Positions 19,018-28,890 of a stretch of 64,000 nt of DNA are shown here, one piece after another (position 1 is the first letter of the stretch; each line of letters begins with the position of its first letter). Source of the stretch: an uncultured Bacteriovoracaceae bacterium. Its GTDB lineage: Bacteria; Bdellovibrionota; UBA2394. Under the pieces are notes generated by a model, which saw only the letters and a program-made list of their open reading frames with translations, ran no database searches and had not been told where the DNA came from. Location: NCBI GenBank assembly GCA_964626465.1, contig CAZVFP010000007.1, positions 953 to 64,952 of the forward strand, given 5' to 3'. Both the position numbers and the translations under genes were made by a program.

Positions 19018-20352
19018 ATGAAACTGATGCGCAGTCCAACGGACTCCGGTCGTGAAAATGCTGACAATGCGACAGTTGATCAGATTGAATTGTTTAACGG
19101 CAAGAAAGTAACTCTAAGAGGTTGGGTTGCGAGCCTTCGGAGTTCTGGAAAAATTTGTTTTCTCCAGTTGCGCGATGGAACCGGCATCATTCAATGTGTT
19201 GCCGATCTTCAGTCGTTAGGCGCGGATCGTTTCCAGGAACTGACCGGGGCGTCCTTAGAAACATCGTTAGTTATTGAGGGAGTTGTTCGGGAAGATAAGC
19301 GATCGAAGATTGGTTTTGAGATTGGACTTTCGGATTTTAAAATTTTTAAGAAATCAGAGGAATATCCGATTGCAAAAAAAGAGCATGGTGTTGCCTTTCT
19401 TATGGAAAATCGACATCTGTGGTTGCGAAGTTCTCGACAAGTTGCGGTTCTGCGAGTTCGCTCAGAAATTATCCGAGCGGTTCGTGATTATTTTGATGGG
19501 CGGGGATTTTATTTAGTCGATTCGCCTATACTTACACCAAACGCTTGCGAAGGAACTTCGACGCTTTTTGAAACTCCTTATTTTGATACCACTGCTTATT
19601 TAACACAAAGTGGACAGCTCTATGGCGAAGCATCTGCGATGGCCCTTGGGAAAATCTATTGCTTTGGCCCTACATTTCGAGCGGAGAAATCAAAAACACG
19701 GCGGCACCTGGCAGAGTTTTGGATGGTTGAGCCTGAAGTCGCGTTCATGGATCTTGAAGGCGATATGGATCTGGCCGAAGATTTTATTGAATATGTTGTT
19801 CAGAGAACATTACGAAACCGGCGACGAGAATTGGAGTTTCTTGAGAGAAAGCTGGAGCCACTCGAGAGAGTGAAGAAGCCATTTCCGAGAATCACCTATG
19901 AGGCAGCAATTCAAATTTTGAAAGATAGTGGCAATCCCGCAAAGTTCGGAGACGACTTTGGGGGCGACGAAGAAACTATTATTTCTCAACGCTTTGATCG
20001 CCCTGTGATGATTCATCACTACCCGATGGCCATTAAAGCCTTCTACATGAAGCAGGATCCGGAGCGACCTGATCTTGCTCGTTGCGTAGATGTGATCGCG
20101 CCGGAAGGATATGGTGAGATCATTGGAGGCGGGCAGCGTGAAGATGATCTGGAAAAACTGAAAGCGCGCATCGAGGAGCATAAACTTCCGATGGAAGCTT
20201 TCCAATGGTATATGGATTTGAGAAAGTTCGGATCAGTTCCGCATGCTGGATTTGGTCTTGGCATCGAGCGAACGGTTGCTTGGATCACAGGCGTGCCTCA
20301 TGTGCGAGAGACCATTCCGTTTCCGAGAATGATGGAAAAGATTTTTCCTTAA
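19018..20352 (+). CDS. asnS: asparagine--tRNA ligase (class II)
   Basis: [24 protein letters not shown] (motif 2), GGGQRED and [13 protein letters not shown] (motif 3) are all present. The ATG at 19018 is preceded by GAGGTG; the ORF-track start at 19006 is TTG. Confidence 0.85.
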   Translation: MKLMRSPTDSGRENADNATVDQIELFNGKKVTLRGWVASLRSSGKICFLQLRDGTGIIQCVADLQSLGADRFQELTGASLETSLVIEGVVREDKRSKIGFEIGLSDFKIFKKSEEYPIAKKEHGVAFLMENRHLWLRSSRQVAVLRVRSEIIRAVRDYFDGRGFYLVDSPILTPNACEGTSTLFETPYFDTTAYLTQSGQLYGEASAMALGKIYCFGPTFRAEKSKTRRHLAEFWMVEPEVAFMDLEGDMDLAEDFIEYVVQRTLRNRRRELEFLERKLEPLERVKKPFPRITYEAAIQILKDSGNPAKFGDDFGGDEETIISQRFDRPVMIHHYPMAIKAFYMKQDPERPDLARCVDVIAPEGYGEIIGGGQREDDLEKLKARIEEHKLPMEAFQWYMDLRKFGSVPHAGFGLGIERTVAWITGVPHVRETIPFPRMMEKIFP

Positions 20353-20380
20353 TGATTTCGGTCTTCGAGCGTCAGTAAAT

Positions 20381-20974
20381 CTAAACTTTCGACGAGAGCT
20401 TCGTCAGCCGAGAATTTGGAGAGTATTTGAGCGAGAGATGATCGTCGAGGAGGTATCCTTTGAACAAAAACTCTAGCCGCTCTCTCCAGGCATGTTCTGG
20501 TCGAACAATCCATTCTGTAGCGTCTTGAATTTCGCCGAGAGTCCAATTTGAGATCGGCTTTGAATTGAAACGCTCAAATTGATTTTTTGAATGTTGGAAT
20601 TGAATCCAGCTCATCAATTTGTATTCGTGTTCCAAAGTTGTTCCACCAATGCCGCATTTTGAGAATGCAAAAAGAATGGCCACGAGTTCGTTTCTCATTT
20701 TATCTGCAATGGTATCGCGACAAGAAGCCGCCGCGAGCCTTTCGGTGTTGAGTCCAGAGGCATCAGTCGAAATTTTTTTAAAACGACCGGACTTGATATC
20801 GCGGAAGTGGCCGATTTCGTGTGCCACTGAATCGGCAGTCGCGATGATGAGATTACGCTGCGGGTCGTAGAATCCGTGGCATAGCTTGATATTTGCTTCT
20901 GATTGAACTTCTTCTGGAGAGTTGCAGATCTTGACTGCCGGCATTCCGGCTTCTGATGGAATTTCAAGTGCCAT
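20381..20974 (-). CDS. hypothetical protein with HExxH zinc-metallopeptidase motif
   Basis: AHEIGHFRD is embedded in a 197-aa soluble protein. No further family was assigned. Confidence 0.4.
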   Translation of the reverse strand: MALEIPSEAGMPAVKICNSPEEVQSEANIKLCHGFYDPQRNLIIATADSVAHEIGHFRDIKSGRFKKISTDASGLNTERLAAASCRDTIADKMRNELVAILFAFSKCGIGGTTLEHEYKLMSWIQFQHSKNQFERFNSKPISNWTLGEIQDATEWIVRPEHAWRERLEFLFKGYLLDDHLSLKYSPNSRLTKLSSKV

Positions 20975-21103
20975 TTTCTTATTGTACCGTGAATGAGGAG
21001 ATCGTGTGCAGATGTCGATTTCAATTTGTAGCGGTCAAAAAGGGCTTCACAGTTCAAGAAAAACAAGACTTGAAACGTCGCTTGAGTCGGGAGACTGTAG
21101 GGG

Positions 21104-21964
21104 ATGCTTTATAGTGATCCGTCAGGTGAAATTCGAAAAGAAGTGCCGCAAATCTCGTTCTTAGATCATGGTTTTCTTTTTGGGGATTCGCTTTATGAGG
21201 TGGTGCGCACTTATGATCGCCGCATCATGGGTTGGGCTGAGCACCTTGCCAGAATGATCGCCGGTGGAAAGCGCGTTGGAATTGATATTGCTGCGCTAGC
21301 TCCGGAGCTGGAAGCTCGCGGATTGGCGCTTCTAAAAGCTTTAGATAAGCCGAATGCTGCGCTGCGTTTAATTGTTACACGCGGTATTGGAAAGCTTCAT
21401 ATTGACACTCGATCTTGTGAGAAGCCTCTGATTTATATGGCTGCTTGGGAACTTGAGTTGGCCAATCTTCATAATCCCATTCGCTTATGGGTTCCTGAAA
21501 TTCGGAGAAATTCACGTTATTGCATCGACCCTTCGATTAAGAGCGGCAACTATCTCAATAGTGTTTTGGCTTTAAGAGAAGCTGTGCAAAATGGTTACGA
21601 CGACGCAGTTTTTCTAAATCTCGAGAATCATGTCACTGAGCTCACGACGAGCAATATAGGTTGGATCAAGAATGGCCAAGCCTATACCCCGCATGTCGAT
21701 ACGGGAATTTTACATGGCATAACGCGTGGAATCCTGTTGCAAGTGCAGGCCGTTCATCAAGGGCATTACTCTGTTGAGGATCTATTGAGTGCGGATGAGG
21801 TATTTGCTCTTTCAACCTTCAAAGAAATTTGTCCGGTGACGGAGATCGAGTCGTTTGATGGGAAAAAATCGACATATAAAAATCATCAGATCACTCGTGA
21901 ACTGCATAAGAAAGTCCAGGAATTGATACGAAAGAAGCTTTCGGATGATTCTCTGGTGTATTAG
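21104..21964 (+). CDS. class IV aminotransferase (BCAT / D-AAT / aminodeoxychorismate lyase family)
   Basis: The 286-aa length and the fold-type IV pattern (RGIGK..., ESNIGWIKNGQ..TP.....LHGITRG) support the family. The specific activity cannot be resolved from sequence. Confidence 0.7.
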   Translation: MLYSDPSGEIRKEVPQISFLDHGFLFGDSLYEVVRTYDRRIMGWAEHLARMIAGGKRVGIDIAALAPELEARGLALLKALDKPNAALRLIVTRGIGKLHIDTRSCEKPLIYMAAWELELANLHNPIRLWVPEIRRNSRYCIDPSIKSGNYLNSVLALREAVQNGYDDAVFLNLENHVTELTTSNIGWIKNGQAYTPHVDTGILHGITRGILLQVQAVHQGHYSVEDLLSADEVFALSTFKEICPVTEIESFDGKKSTYKNHQITRELHKKVQELIRKKLSDDSLVY

Positions 21965-21975
21965 GATGAGATGTC

Positions 21976-22488
21976 GTGAGTGAGGATATGAAATTTTCTT
22001 GGAAATCAGCTCTGAGCCCGATGGCTGTTGTCGGCTCATTTCTTTTGGTTTTATTTGATCAGGCGTCTAAATTTGCGGTCATTCATTATATTGAAATGGG
22101 AGAGCAGATCGCGGTAACGCCATTCTTGAATTTCGTGCATACAAAGAATAAGGGAGCCGCTTTTGGCATGTTTCGAGATGCAAGCCCGATGATGCGCCTC
22201 GTTATTTTCGGTTTGGTGAGTATCGTATGTCTGACAACGCTTATCTATTGGCTGGGAACTACGCCAAAAGTTGAAAAATTGCAGCGCGCGAGCCTTGTAT
22301 TTATTTTTGGTGGAGCGCTTGGAAATCTTGTTGATCGCATTGCCTACGGAGAAGTCACAGATTTTATCGACGTTTATTATTCGGGCTGGCATTTTTGGAT
22401 TTTTAACATCGCAGATTCTGCAATTACCGTGGGTGTAATATTGATGGGAATAGTGATGCTTCAGCGTAAAGCTCGTTCGACAATATGA
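21976..22488 (+). CDS. lspA: lipoprotein signal peptidase (signal peptidase II)
   Basis: NKGAAFGMF and FNIADSAITVG are conserved LspA boxes in a protein with 4 TM helices. Confidence 0.85.
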   Translation: MSEDMKFSWKSALSPMAVVGSFLLVLFDQASKFAVIHYIEMGEQIAVTPFLNFVHTKNKGAAFGMFRDASPMMRLVIFGLVSIVCLTTLIYWLGTTPKVEKLQRASLVFIFGGALGNLVDRIAYGEVTDFIDVYYSGWHFWIFNIADSAITVGVILMGIVMLQRKARSTI

Positions 22489-23258
22489 TTCCATTTTTGT
22501 TTAGTGATACCTATTTCGAAACTCCAACATATTACGTTTTGTATCTGCTGGCCTTTCTCGGGGCGATTGTTCTTCTTTCTCGACGTGCAATTAAATACGG
22601 GTTCAATCCCGTCACAGCGGTTGATTTAGGTATGGTCTGTTTTGTTTTCGGTGTGCTGGGTTCCAGACTCTTTCATATTTTGTTTGAGAGTTTCGACTAC
22701 TATTTACTGCATCCAGTTCGGGTATTTTACCTTTGGCAAGGTGGTTTTGTTTTATATGGAGGTCTAATTTTGGGCTCCGTCGCTGGGCTCTATTTTCTGA
22801 AATCGAAAGGAGAGCGTGTCTGGGCTTGGGCTGATTTAGCAGCGCCATCGATGATGCTCGGAATTGGCATCGGCAGATTTGGATGTCTAGCAGCGGGGTG
22901 CTGTTATGGAACCTGGACACCTTGGTGGTGGGGAATGATCTTCACTGACCCTCGATCTGCAGCCCCTCTGCATATTACGTTGCATCCAACTCAATTGCTT
23001 GAATCGCTTTATGGATTTTTAGCATCCCTTGTTTTGTGTTCAATTGCGAGAAATTGCAAACTTAAGGAAGGCCATCTGTTTTTGTCGATGGCTTTTGGAT
23101 ATTCTGTATTTAGATTTTTTATCGAATTCATTCGTGGAGATAGAGAGCGAGGGCTTTATATTGGAGACAACTTTTCGACGTCCCAAATTATTTCAGTCGC
23201 TATTCTATTCTTGATCGCGATCGTTTTTTATTTCAGGCGGCGGGAACGATCCGTTTAA
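22485..23258 (+). CDS. lgt: prolipoprotein diacylglyceryl transferase
   Basis: GGLILGS...GIGRFGCLAAGCCYG is the Lgt signature. The protein is polytopic and overlaps lspA by 4 nt. Confidence 0.85.
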   Translation: MIPFLFSDTYFETPTYYVLYLLAFLGAIVLLSRRAIKYGFNPVTAVDLGMVCFVFGVLGSRLFHILFESFDYYLLHPVRVFYLWQGGFVLYGGLILGSVAGLYFLKSKGERVWAWADLAAPSMMLGIGIGRFGCLAAGCCYGTWTPWWWGMIFTDPRSAAPLHITLHPTQLLESLYGFLASLVLCSIARNCKLKEGHLFLSMAFGYSVFRFFIEFIRGDRERGLYIGDNFSTSQIISVAILFLIAIVFYFRRRERSV

Positions 23259-24015
23259 AAAGCTTCAGCGCATTTTGCGAAGTTACTTCAATAAACGATT
23301 GGGTATCCATTCCACGGATGCCCGCGAGATACTCCGCTGTATGATGTATAAACGAAGATTCATTTCTTTTTCCACGCATCGGAACAGGCGCTAAAAAAGG
23401 TGCATCCGTTTCAATCACAATATTTTCTAGAGGAGTATTGAGAAAAACTTCTCTTAGTGCCGCCGCATTTTTGAATGTGACAATTCCAGAGAAAGAAATA
23501 TAAAATCCTTTTTTAATTCCGAAGTTGGCCAATTCTTGCGTTCCCGTGAAGCAATGGAAGACGGCGGGTCCGTCATAGGAGGCTAATAAGTCTTGAGTAT
23601 CTCCCTCTGCGTCTCGGGTATGAATCATCAGGGGTAGATTTTTTTCAACGGCCAAATTGATATGCCACCGAAATGTATCCATTTGTGAGGATCGAACGGA
23701 GTTATTGTAGTAGTAGTCAAGGCCACATTCCCCAACGGCAACACACTTTGGATCTTCCACAATCTGCGAGATATTTTTGCGGAGTTCGGCATTTTGGCCA
23801 GCGGTATCTGCGTCGTGTGGATGGACTCCTGCAGTAAAATAAACCCGCTCATTTTCGGATGAAAATTTTTGTGATTTAAGGAATGCATCCGTAGACATTC
23901 CCGACCCAATATCAATGAGATAGTCGCAGATCGAAAGCGCCCGATTCAGAACCTCAACTCGATCATTGTCGTACTCACTTGAAGAAATATGCGTATGAAT
24001 ATCGATGGCTTTCAT
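23233..24015 (-). CDS. tatD: TatD family metal-dependent hydrolase/DNase
   Basis: MKAIDIHTHI...VGECGLDYY...HTRDA...FHCFTG...ETDAPFL are the TatD motifs. The start was chosen at Met 24015, just after the holB stop. Confidence 0.8.
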   Translation of the reverse strand: MKAIDIHTHISSSEYDNDRVEVLNRALSICDYLIDIGSGMSTDAFLKSQKFSSENERVYFTAGVHPHDADTAGQNAELRKNISQIVEDPKCVAVGECGLDYYYNNSVRSSQMDTFRWHINLAVEKNLPLMIHTRDAEGDTQDLLASYDGPAVFHCFTGTQELANFGIKKGFYISFSGIVTFKNAAALREVFLNTPLENIVIETDAPFLAPVPMRGKRNESSFIHHTAEYLAGIRGMDTQSFIEVTSQNALKLFKRIVPAA

Positions 24016-24728
24016 TTGTGGCTCTGTGTCCAAATATGATCCCAGACAGTTTTGGGATGAATATTTCGATTGAGGTCTGCAAGCCCTAGACTCATAGGTT
24101 CCGCAAGAAAGCGCCAATGCCCAGGATATTTTTGCCTGGATGCTTCAGTTAATAAATTTTTAAAAAGATTTTTTGTTTTGTTACGTTCTTTGAGCCACGA
24201 GTCAATGGCTGGAAATAATTGAATTTCATCTCCCGATTTTGAGAGCTCAAAAATATTCTTCTCACTTTCGCTGAGATTTTTCTGTTCATGCGATGGGACT
24301 CTCAGAATGAGGCAGCGCGACCGAACGGTTTCGATGACGGTCCAGCGAGATTGGCTCGAGATGAAGATGATCCAGTGAAGAGAAGGTTCTTCCAATGTTT
24401 TCAGTAAAGCGTTTTGTATATTAAGTGAGGTTTGGCCAAGGTCGAAAATAGAAAATATTTTTAAAGCAGCCTCGAGAGGTTTCTGCCGAAGAGATGCGAG
24501 GGCTCGTCGCGTATCTTCCATGTTCGAGTCGCCTTGAAGAGAGATCCAGTCAGGGTGGTAACCTTTGCTGAATTTCTTGCAACCTGGGCAGGTTCCACAA
24601 CTGTCTTGAGAAATACAAAGATATCGTTGGATAATCCGAGACATCAATACAGATGCAGAATCTCCTTCGAAAAGAAGAGGTAATTTTGGATGGCCAGCGG
24701 CTAGAATATCTTCAATCACAAAAAACAC
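24012..24728 (-). CDS. holB: DNA polymerase III delta-prime-like subunit (short form)
   Basis: Zinc module CGTCPGC, LLKTLEEP and SRC motifs are present, and the Walker A is degenerate, as in delta-prime. The gene sits directly downstream of tmk, the canonical tmk-holB arrangement. At 238 aa it is shorter than usual. Confidence 0.65.
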   Translation of the reverse strand: MFFVIEDILAAGHPKLPLLFEGDSASVLMSRIIQRYLCISQDSCGTCPGCKKFSKGYHPDWISLQGDSNMEDTRRALASLRQKPLEAALKIFSIFDLGQTSLNIQNALLKTLEEPSLHWIIFISSQSRWTVIETVRSRCLILRVPSHEQKNLSESEKNIFELSKSGDEIQLFPAIDSWLKERNKTKNLFKNLLTEASRQKYPGHWRFLAEPMSLGLADLNRNIHPKTVWDHIWTQSHK

Positions 24729-24735
24729 ACCTTCG

Positions 24736-25341
24736 TCATAGTTTCTTTACAATCGCTTTGAGAACTTCAGCGTGCAGCCTGTCGATGGGCTGATCCGCTT
24801 TAAAGACTTTGATACGAGAATTTTTCTTCGCGATCAATCTGTATGCTTGATTTACTTTTCTGTGGAAGGCGGTTCCAGCTCGCTCAAATCGATCCAAATT
24901 TCCCCGCGCAGACATTCTTTTGAGGCCAATGAATCCCTCTAAAAGAATCGTGATATCCGGTTTTAGTCCTCCTGTCGCAAACTGATTGAGCGTCGCTACA
25001 GTTCGCATGGGTATTCCTCGGCAATAGCCCTGATAGACTGTGCTTGAGTCAGCATAGCGATCTGAAATCACAATAAAGCCTTTCTTTAGAGCCGGAAGAA
25101 TCGCCGTATCTGTGTGCTCAGCTCGAGCGGCTTCCATTAAAAGAAGCTCCGTTCGGTCTTGCATATCTTCAGTTTTGAGGAGGGTTCGCAATTTTTCGCT
25201 GAGTGCAGTGCCGCCGGGTTCTCGAGTGATCAGAACTTTGTGGCCCAACTTTTTGAGACTGGTCGCCAATAATTCTATTTGAGTTGTCTTGCCAGTTGCT
25301 TCTCCACCTTCAAAGGTAATAAAGAATCCGCGAGCTTTCAT
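24736..25341 (-). CDS. tmk: thymidylate kinase
   Basis: FITFEGGEATGKTTQ (P-loop), DRY motif (SDRYADSS) and lid region. Confidence 0.85.
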   Translation of the reverse strand: MKARGFFITFEGGEATGKTTQIELLATSLKKLGHKVLITREPGGTALSEKLRTLLKTEDMQDRTELLLMEAARAEHTDTAILPALKKGFIVISDRYADSSTVYQGYCRGIPMRTVATLNQFATGGLKPDITILLEGFIGLKRMSARGNLDRFERAGTAFHRKVNQAYRLIAKKNSRIKVFKADQPIDRLHAEVLKAIVKKL

Positions 25342-25403
25342 CTTGATACGATAGCGAAGGTCTTTAATTCGTACTACTCATTTTGAAACAAGCTTGTTAG
25401 GTT

Positions 25404-26018
25404 ATGCTTATGAAAAATCAATTTGCGTCCAAGGGTCTGTTGGTCAAGTTTATGTCGGTATTTTTACTCAGTGTTGGGGTGGCCGGTTGTGGCCTTCAAT
25501 CCATTCCTCAGCAGCTTAATGAAGTTGATGCCGCTTGGGCAGAAGTGCTCAATCAGTATCAACGGCGGTCGGATTTGATTCCGAATTTGGTCGAAGTTGT
25601 CAAAGGGTATGCGAAACATGAAAAAGATACCCTCGAGGCGGTTGTGCAGGCTCGCGCTCAAGCGACGCAAATGAAAGTCGAATTGAAAGATTTGAATGAA
25701 GAAACGATGAAGAAATTTCAAGCTGCGCAGGGCGATCTGAGATCTTCGTTGGCACGATTAATGGTTTCTGTTGAGCAATATCCGGATCTCAAAGCGAATC
25801 AGAATTTTCGTGATTTGCAGGTGCAGCTCGAAGGAACTGAAAATCGAATTACGATCGCTCGCCAGAGATATATTGAAGCTGTGAAGATTTTTAACAACTT
25901 GGTCACAGTGTTTCCTACGAGCTTGACTAATTCCATTATGTTTCATCATGAGAAAAAGCCTCAGTTTGCTGTTGAAAATGAAAATGAGATGAAAAAACCA
26001 CCTACTGTGAAATTTTAG
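25404..26018 (+). CDS. lemA: LemA family protein
   Basis: N-terminal membrane/lipoprotein anchor followed by the LemA core (AWAEVLNQYQRRSDLIPNLVEVVKGYAKHEKDTLEAV...). Confidence 0.8.
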   Translation: MLMKNQFASKGLLVKFMSVFLLSVGVAGCGLQSIPQQLNEVDAAWAEVLNQYQRRSDLIPNLVEVVKGYAKHEKDTLEAVVQARAQATQMKVELKDLNEETMKKFQAAQGDLRSSLARLMVSVEQYPDLKANQNFRDLQVQLEGTENRITIARQRYIEAVKIFNNLVTVFPTSLTNSIMFHHEKKPQFAVENENEMKKPPTVKF

Positions 26019-26023
26019 TACTA

Positions 26024-26788
26024 GTGCTGTGGTCCTGGAATAAATTTTTACTTGTCTCTTTTGTATTTCTTTCGCAATCGACGATTTCTATTATTCGTGC
26101 AGAAAGGCTTATCCCAGCGCTTTCAGGACCTGTGATAGATGAGGCGGGCCTGCTTAGCACTGAGGAGGTCAATCAACTCGGGAACTTGATCCGAGGCTTG
26201 CAGCCTCAGGTTCAGGCTAAAGTGTGGATTTTTTCAGCGCTGGATGGTGAGCCCATCGAGGGATTATCGATCCGTGCCGCCGAGAAGTGGAAACTAGGAA
26301 CTGAAAAGAATGACAATGGCTTGGTGATTTTGGTCGCCGTGACAGATCGGCGAATGCGGATCGAGGTGGGCCAAGGGTTAGAAGGGGATATCCCAGATGC
26401 GTTTGCCGGCCGAGTTATTGACCAGGTTTTGAGGCCGAACTTTAGAAGCAAAAATTATTATGAAGGTCTCGTTAAAGCATTAATGGTTTTGGGTGAGGCT
26501 GCTGGAGCCAGTGTTGATAAAAAATCTTTTCCTCAGGGTAATTCTGAAGGGTTGCCTTCATTGCCGATTGGCCTCATCGTCATCCTGTTTTTCTTGTTTG
26601 GGCCTTTGATTGGAAGTTTGCTCGTTGCAGTTCTGCGAGCTTCTGGTGTTCCGATTCGTCGAAACAGTGGCCGAGGAACATCCTGGGGCGGTGGAAGTTG
26701 GGGCGGCGGCGGTTTCGGTGGAGGAGGCGGAGGCTGGAGTGGTGGTGGCGGTGGGTTTAGCGGCGGCGGCGCCTCAGGTGATTGGTGA
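26024..26788 (+). CDS. TPM-domain (YgcG-like) protein with Gly/Trp-rich C-terminal tail
   Basis: Signal peptide, then a TPM phosphatase-like domain (GLVILVAVTDRRMRIEVGQGLEG), a TM segment, and a tail SWGGGSWGGGGFGGGGGGWSGGGGGFSGGGASG. LemA-TPM pairing is a common synteny. Confidence 0.7.
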   Translation: MLWSWNKFLLVSFVFLSQSTISIIRAERLIPALSGPVIDEAGLLSTEEVNQLGNLIRGLQPQVQAKVWIFSALDGEPIEGLSIRAAEKWKLGTEKNDNGLVILVAVTDRRMRIEVGQGLEGDIPDAFAGRVIDQVLRPNFRSKNYYEGLVKALMVLGEAAGASVDKKSFPQGNSEGLPSLPIGLIVILFFLFGPLIGSLLVAVLRASGVPIRRNSGRGTSWGGGSWGGGGFGGGGGGWSGGGGGFSGGGASGDW

Positions 26789-27300
26789 AGGATTCAATTC
26801 TTATGGGAAGAAAATCATTCTTTGCTGATGTCTTTAGAAATCGTCTTGAAAGCGCCATTTCTGAACTTGAGCGAAAGACATCGGTAGAAATTGTTCCTGT
26901 GTTTGAGAGCTCGACGAGTTATTTTTTAAAGTATCCGATTCTCTTTTTCTGGCCTCCTTGCTTTCTGCCGTCTTGGTTACGACCCAAGTCGGTTGCGGGA
27001 AGGGCCCGAGATATATTCATTCGACTTGAGCTCTTTAAGACAACGCATAGAAATGCCCTAATGATTTTTATTTCTCAGATCGATAAATCAGTTTATTTGC
27101 TCGCGGATGAAATGCTCGAAAAAAAAATCCCTGCCGTAGAATGGGAATCGATGGCTCAAAAACTAGCTCATGATTTTAATGCGGACAAACCAGGGGATAG
27201 CTTTTTTGAGGCTTTGGAAACTGTAGCCCCTCGAATAGTGGAGTTATTTCCAAGCGATGAATCAAATGAAAACGAGTTGAGTGATAAACTTGTTGAGTAA
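26782..27300 (+). CDS. second TPM-domain protein of the LemA module
   Basis: SVEIVPVFESSTSYFLKYPILFFWP...NALMIFISQIDKSVYLLAD resembles the second (cytoplasmic-type) TPM domain found downstream in LemA loci. Confidence 0.5.
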   Translation: MVKDSILMGRKSFFADVFRNRLESAISELERKTSVEIVPVFESSTSYFLKYPILFFWPPCFLPSWLRPKSVAGRARDIFIRLELFKTTHRNALMIFISQIDKSVYLLADEMLEKKIPAVEWESMAQKLAHDFNADKPGDSFFEALETVAPRIVELFPSDESNENELSDKLVE

Positions 27301-27309
27301 ATGAACTTG

Positions 27310-28890
27310 TTAATTAAGTTCAGATTCTAATTGATTTTTTTGAGACTGTAGCGTGTTCATTTGCGTCTCAATTTCTCCACGAAGATTTTCAAATAATGGG
27401 TCTGCTCTTTCTCGTTCTAGCAGACTAATACTTTTTCTGAGATATCGAATCTTTGCTTCAACTCGTTTGCGTTCTCCCATGGTGATCATTTTTTGAATTT
27501 CATCTACGGATCGAGCTGCATCAGATTGGAGAGTTCCATTCGTTGGATCTCGTGCAACTTGTTCTTGAATGGACTTAATTCTCGCCTTTAGGTTTGCCGC
27601 CTCTTGATCGATTCTCTGCTCTTCCACTTTTAGTTCCTGCTTGTTGGCGTTCACCTCGTCCTGATAGATTTTGATCGTGGAGTGATCCTGATTTGATTTT
27701 GGAGTTGTCTTTGGTCGTTGGAGTGAGGCCTGAACAGGAGCTTCAACTCGTTTGAAATCGTCGCACGATGTAATGTTGTTCGCTAAACCGCCAGCTCTAC
27801 AGACCAAGTTGATTGGAAGTGCAAAGGAGATTCCCTGTTCGTTAAGGGATGTGAGTGAATTTATTCCGACAACTTTTAAGTCTTCAGTAATCATGGGGCC
27901 GCCGCTGTTTCCTCGATTGATGGCTGCGTCAGTCTGTATGAAAGGAACACCTTCAATCTCTCGACCGACATAACTCACAATTCCGCGGGTGACGGTGAAT
28001 GACAAGCCGCCTGGATTTCCAATGGTTAAGATATTTTCTCCTGCATAGATTTTATTCGCATCGCCCAACTCGAAGCGGGGAAGATCTCTCGCTTTAATTC
28101 GGATAAGTGATGCATCGATTTTTGTGTCTTCAGATATTTTTTCAGCCTCAAATTGCCGACCATCTCGCAGAATGACTCGTGGGGTTTCCATGCCAGAAGT
28201 GACATGCGCATTGCTTAAGATATAACCATCCTCTGAGATGATGAATCCAGACCCGAGGGAGTTCTGGTCTCTGATAAAGACAGTTGCATTCAAGATTCTT
28301 TCCATTTCTTCAGGGCCCCAGCTAGATTGCTTAATTGCAGTTTTATTATCCGCTGTAGGAGGAAGAAGTTTTGAATCTTTGTCGTCCGATGAAATAGAGT
28401 GGTCATTTTTGCCGGCAGTGAGATCTAATTCGATATTTTCGCCGCGGGGATTCGTTCTCACTAAAAATATATAACTGCCACTCAGCATTCCGAGCGCAAT
28501 AATAAAGTACAGAAACGCAGAAAATGAAAAACCGGATTTGGCGACCGGAGCTTGCTCAAGAACTGTTGAGGGTAAACCTCCTTGCATGATCTTATCCAAT
28601 TTAAATGTGTCGAACTGTGCACAAATGGCTTCGGCTTGGTTTAGTGTGAGATCCCATGCAAGTGTTGCCGGAATCTTTTGCAGTTCACTACGTGCTGATG
28701 AATATATAGATAGAGGCAGATGACGAATGTCGGCTTTGTCGAATGCTTGCCATTCTTTAATAAAACTATGGGCTTCGCGATCGCTTAACTCCTTATTAAT
28801 TCTTACTGAATAAAGAGTGGCTCGCTGACAGTGGCGGCAGAACCTGGCATCTTTGGAGATTTTCTCGCCACAATAGGGACAGGGAAACAT
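27310..28890 (-). CDS. trypsin-like (S1C/HtrA-type) serine peptidase with N-terminal zinc ribbon, TM anchor and C-terminal coiled coil
   Basis: MFPCPYCGEKISKDARFCRHCQ (zinc ribbon), a TM helix, the catalytic region GNSGGPM plus His/Asp context (LSNAHV...DASLIRI), then a C-terminal heptad-rich tail. Confidence 0.75.
   Translation of the reverse strand: MFPCPYCGEKISKDARFCRHCQRATLYSVRINKELSDREAHSFIKEWQAFDKADIRHLPLSIYSSARSELQKIPATLAWDLTLNQAEAICAQFDTFKLDKIMQGGLPSTVLEQAPVAKSGFSFSAFLYFIIALGMLSGSYIFLVRTNPRGENIELDLTAGKNDHSISSDDKDSKLLPPTADNKTAIKQSSWGPEEMERILNATVFIRDQNSLGSGFIISEDGYILSNAHVTSGMETPRVILRDGRQFEAEKISEDTKIDASLIRIKARDLPRFELGDANKIYAGENILTIGNPGGLSFTVTRGIVSYVGREIEGVPFIQTDAAINRGNSGGPMITEDLKVVGINSLTSLNEQGISFALPINLVCRAGGLANNITSCDDFKRVEAPVQASLQRPKTTPKSNQDHSTIKIYQDEVNANKQELKVEEQRIDQEAANLKARIKSIQEQVARDPTNGTLQSDAARSVDEIQKMITMGERKRVEAKIRYLRKSISLLERERADPLFENLRGEIETQMNTLQSQKNQLESELN

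Noticed and set aside
26690-26790. Possible tandem DNA repeat (GGC/GGT/GGA runs)
   Set aside because: It is a coding low-complexity Gly/Trp-rich tail of the TPM protein, not an intergenic repeat or VNTR locus. It is noted only as possibly slippage-prone.
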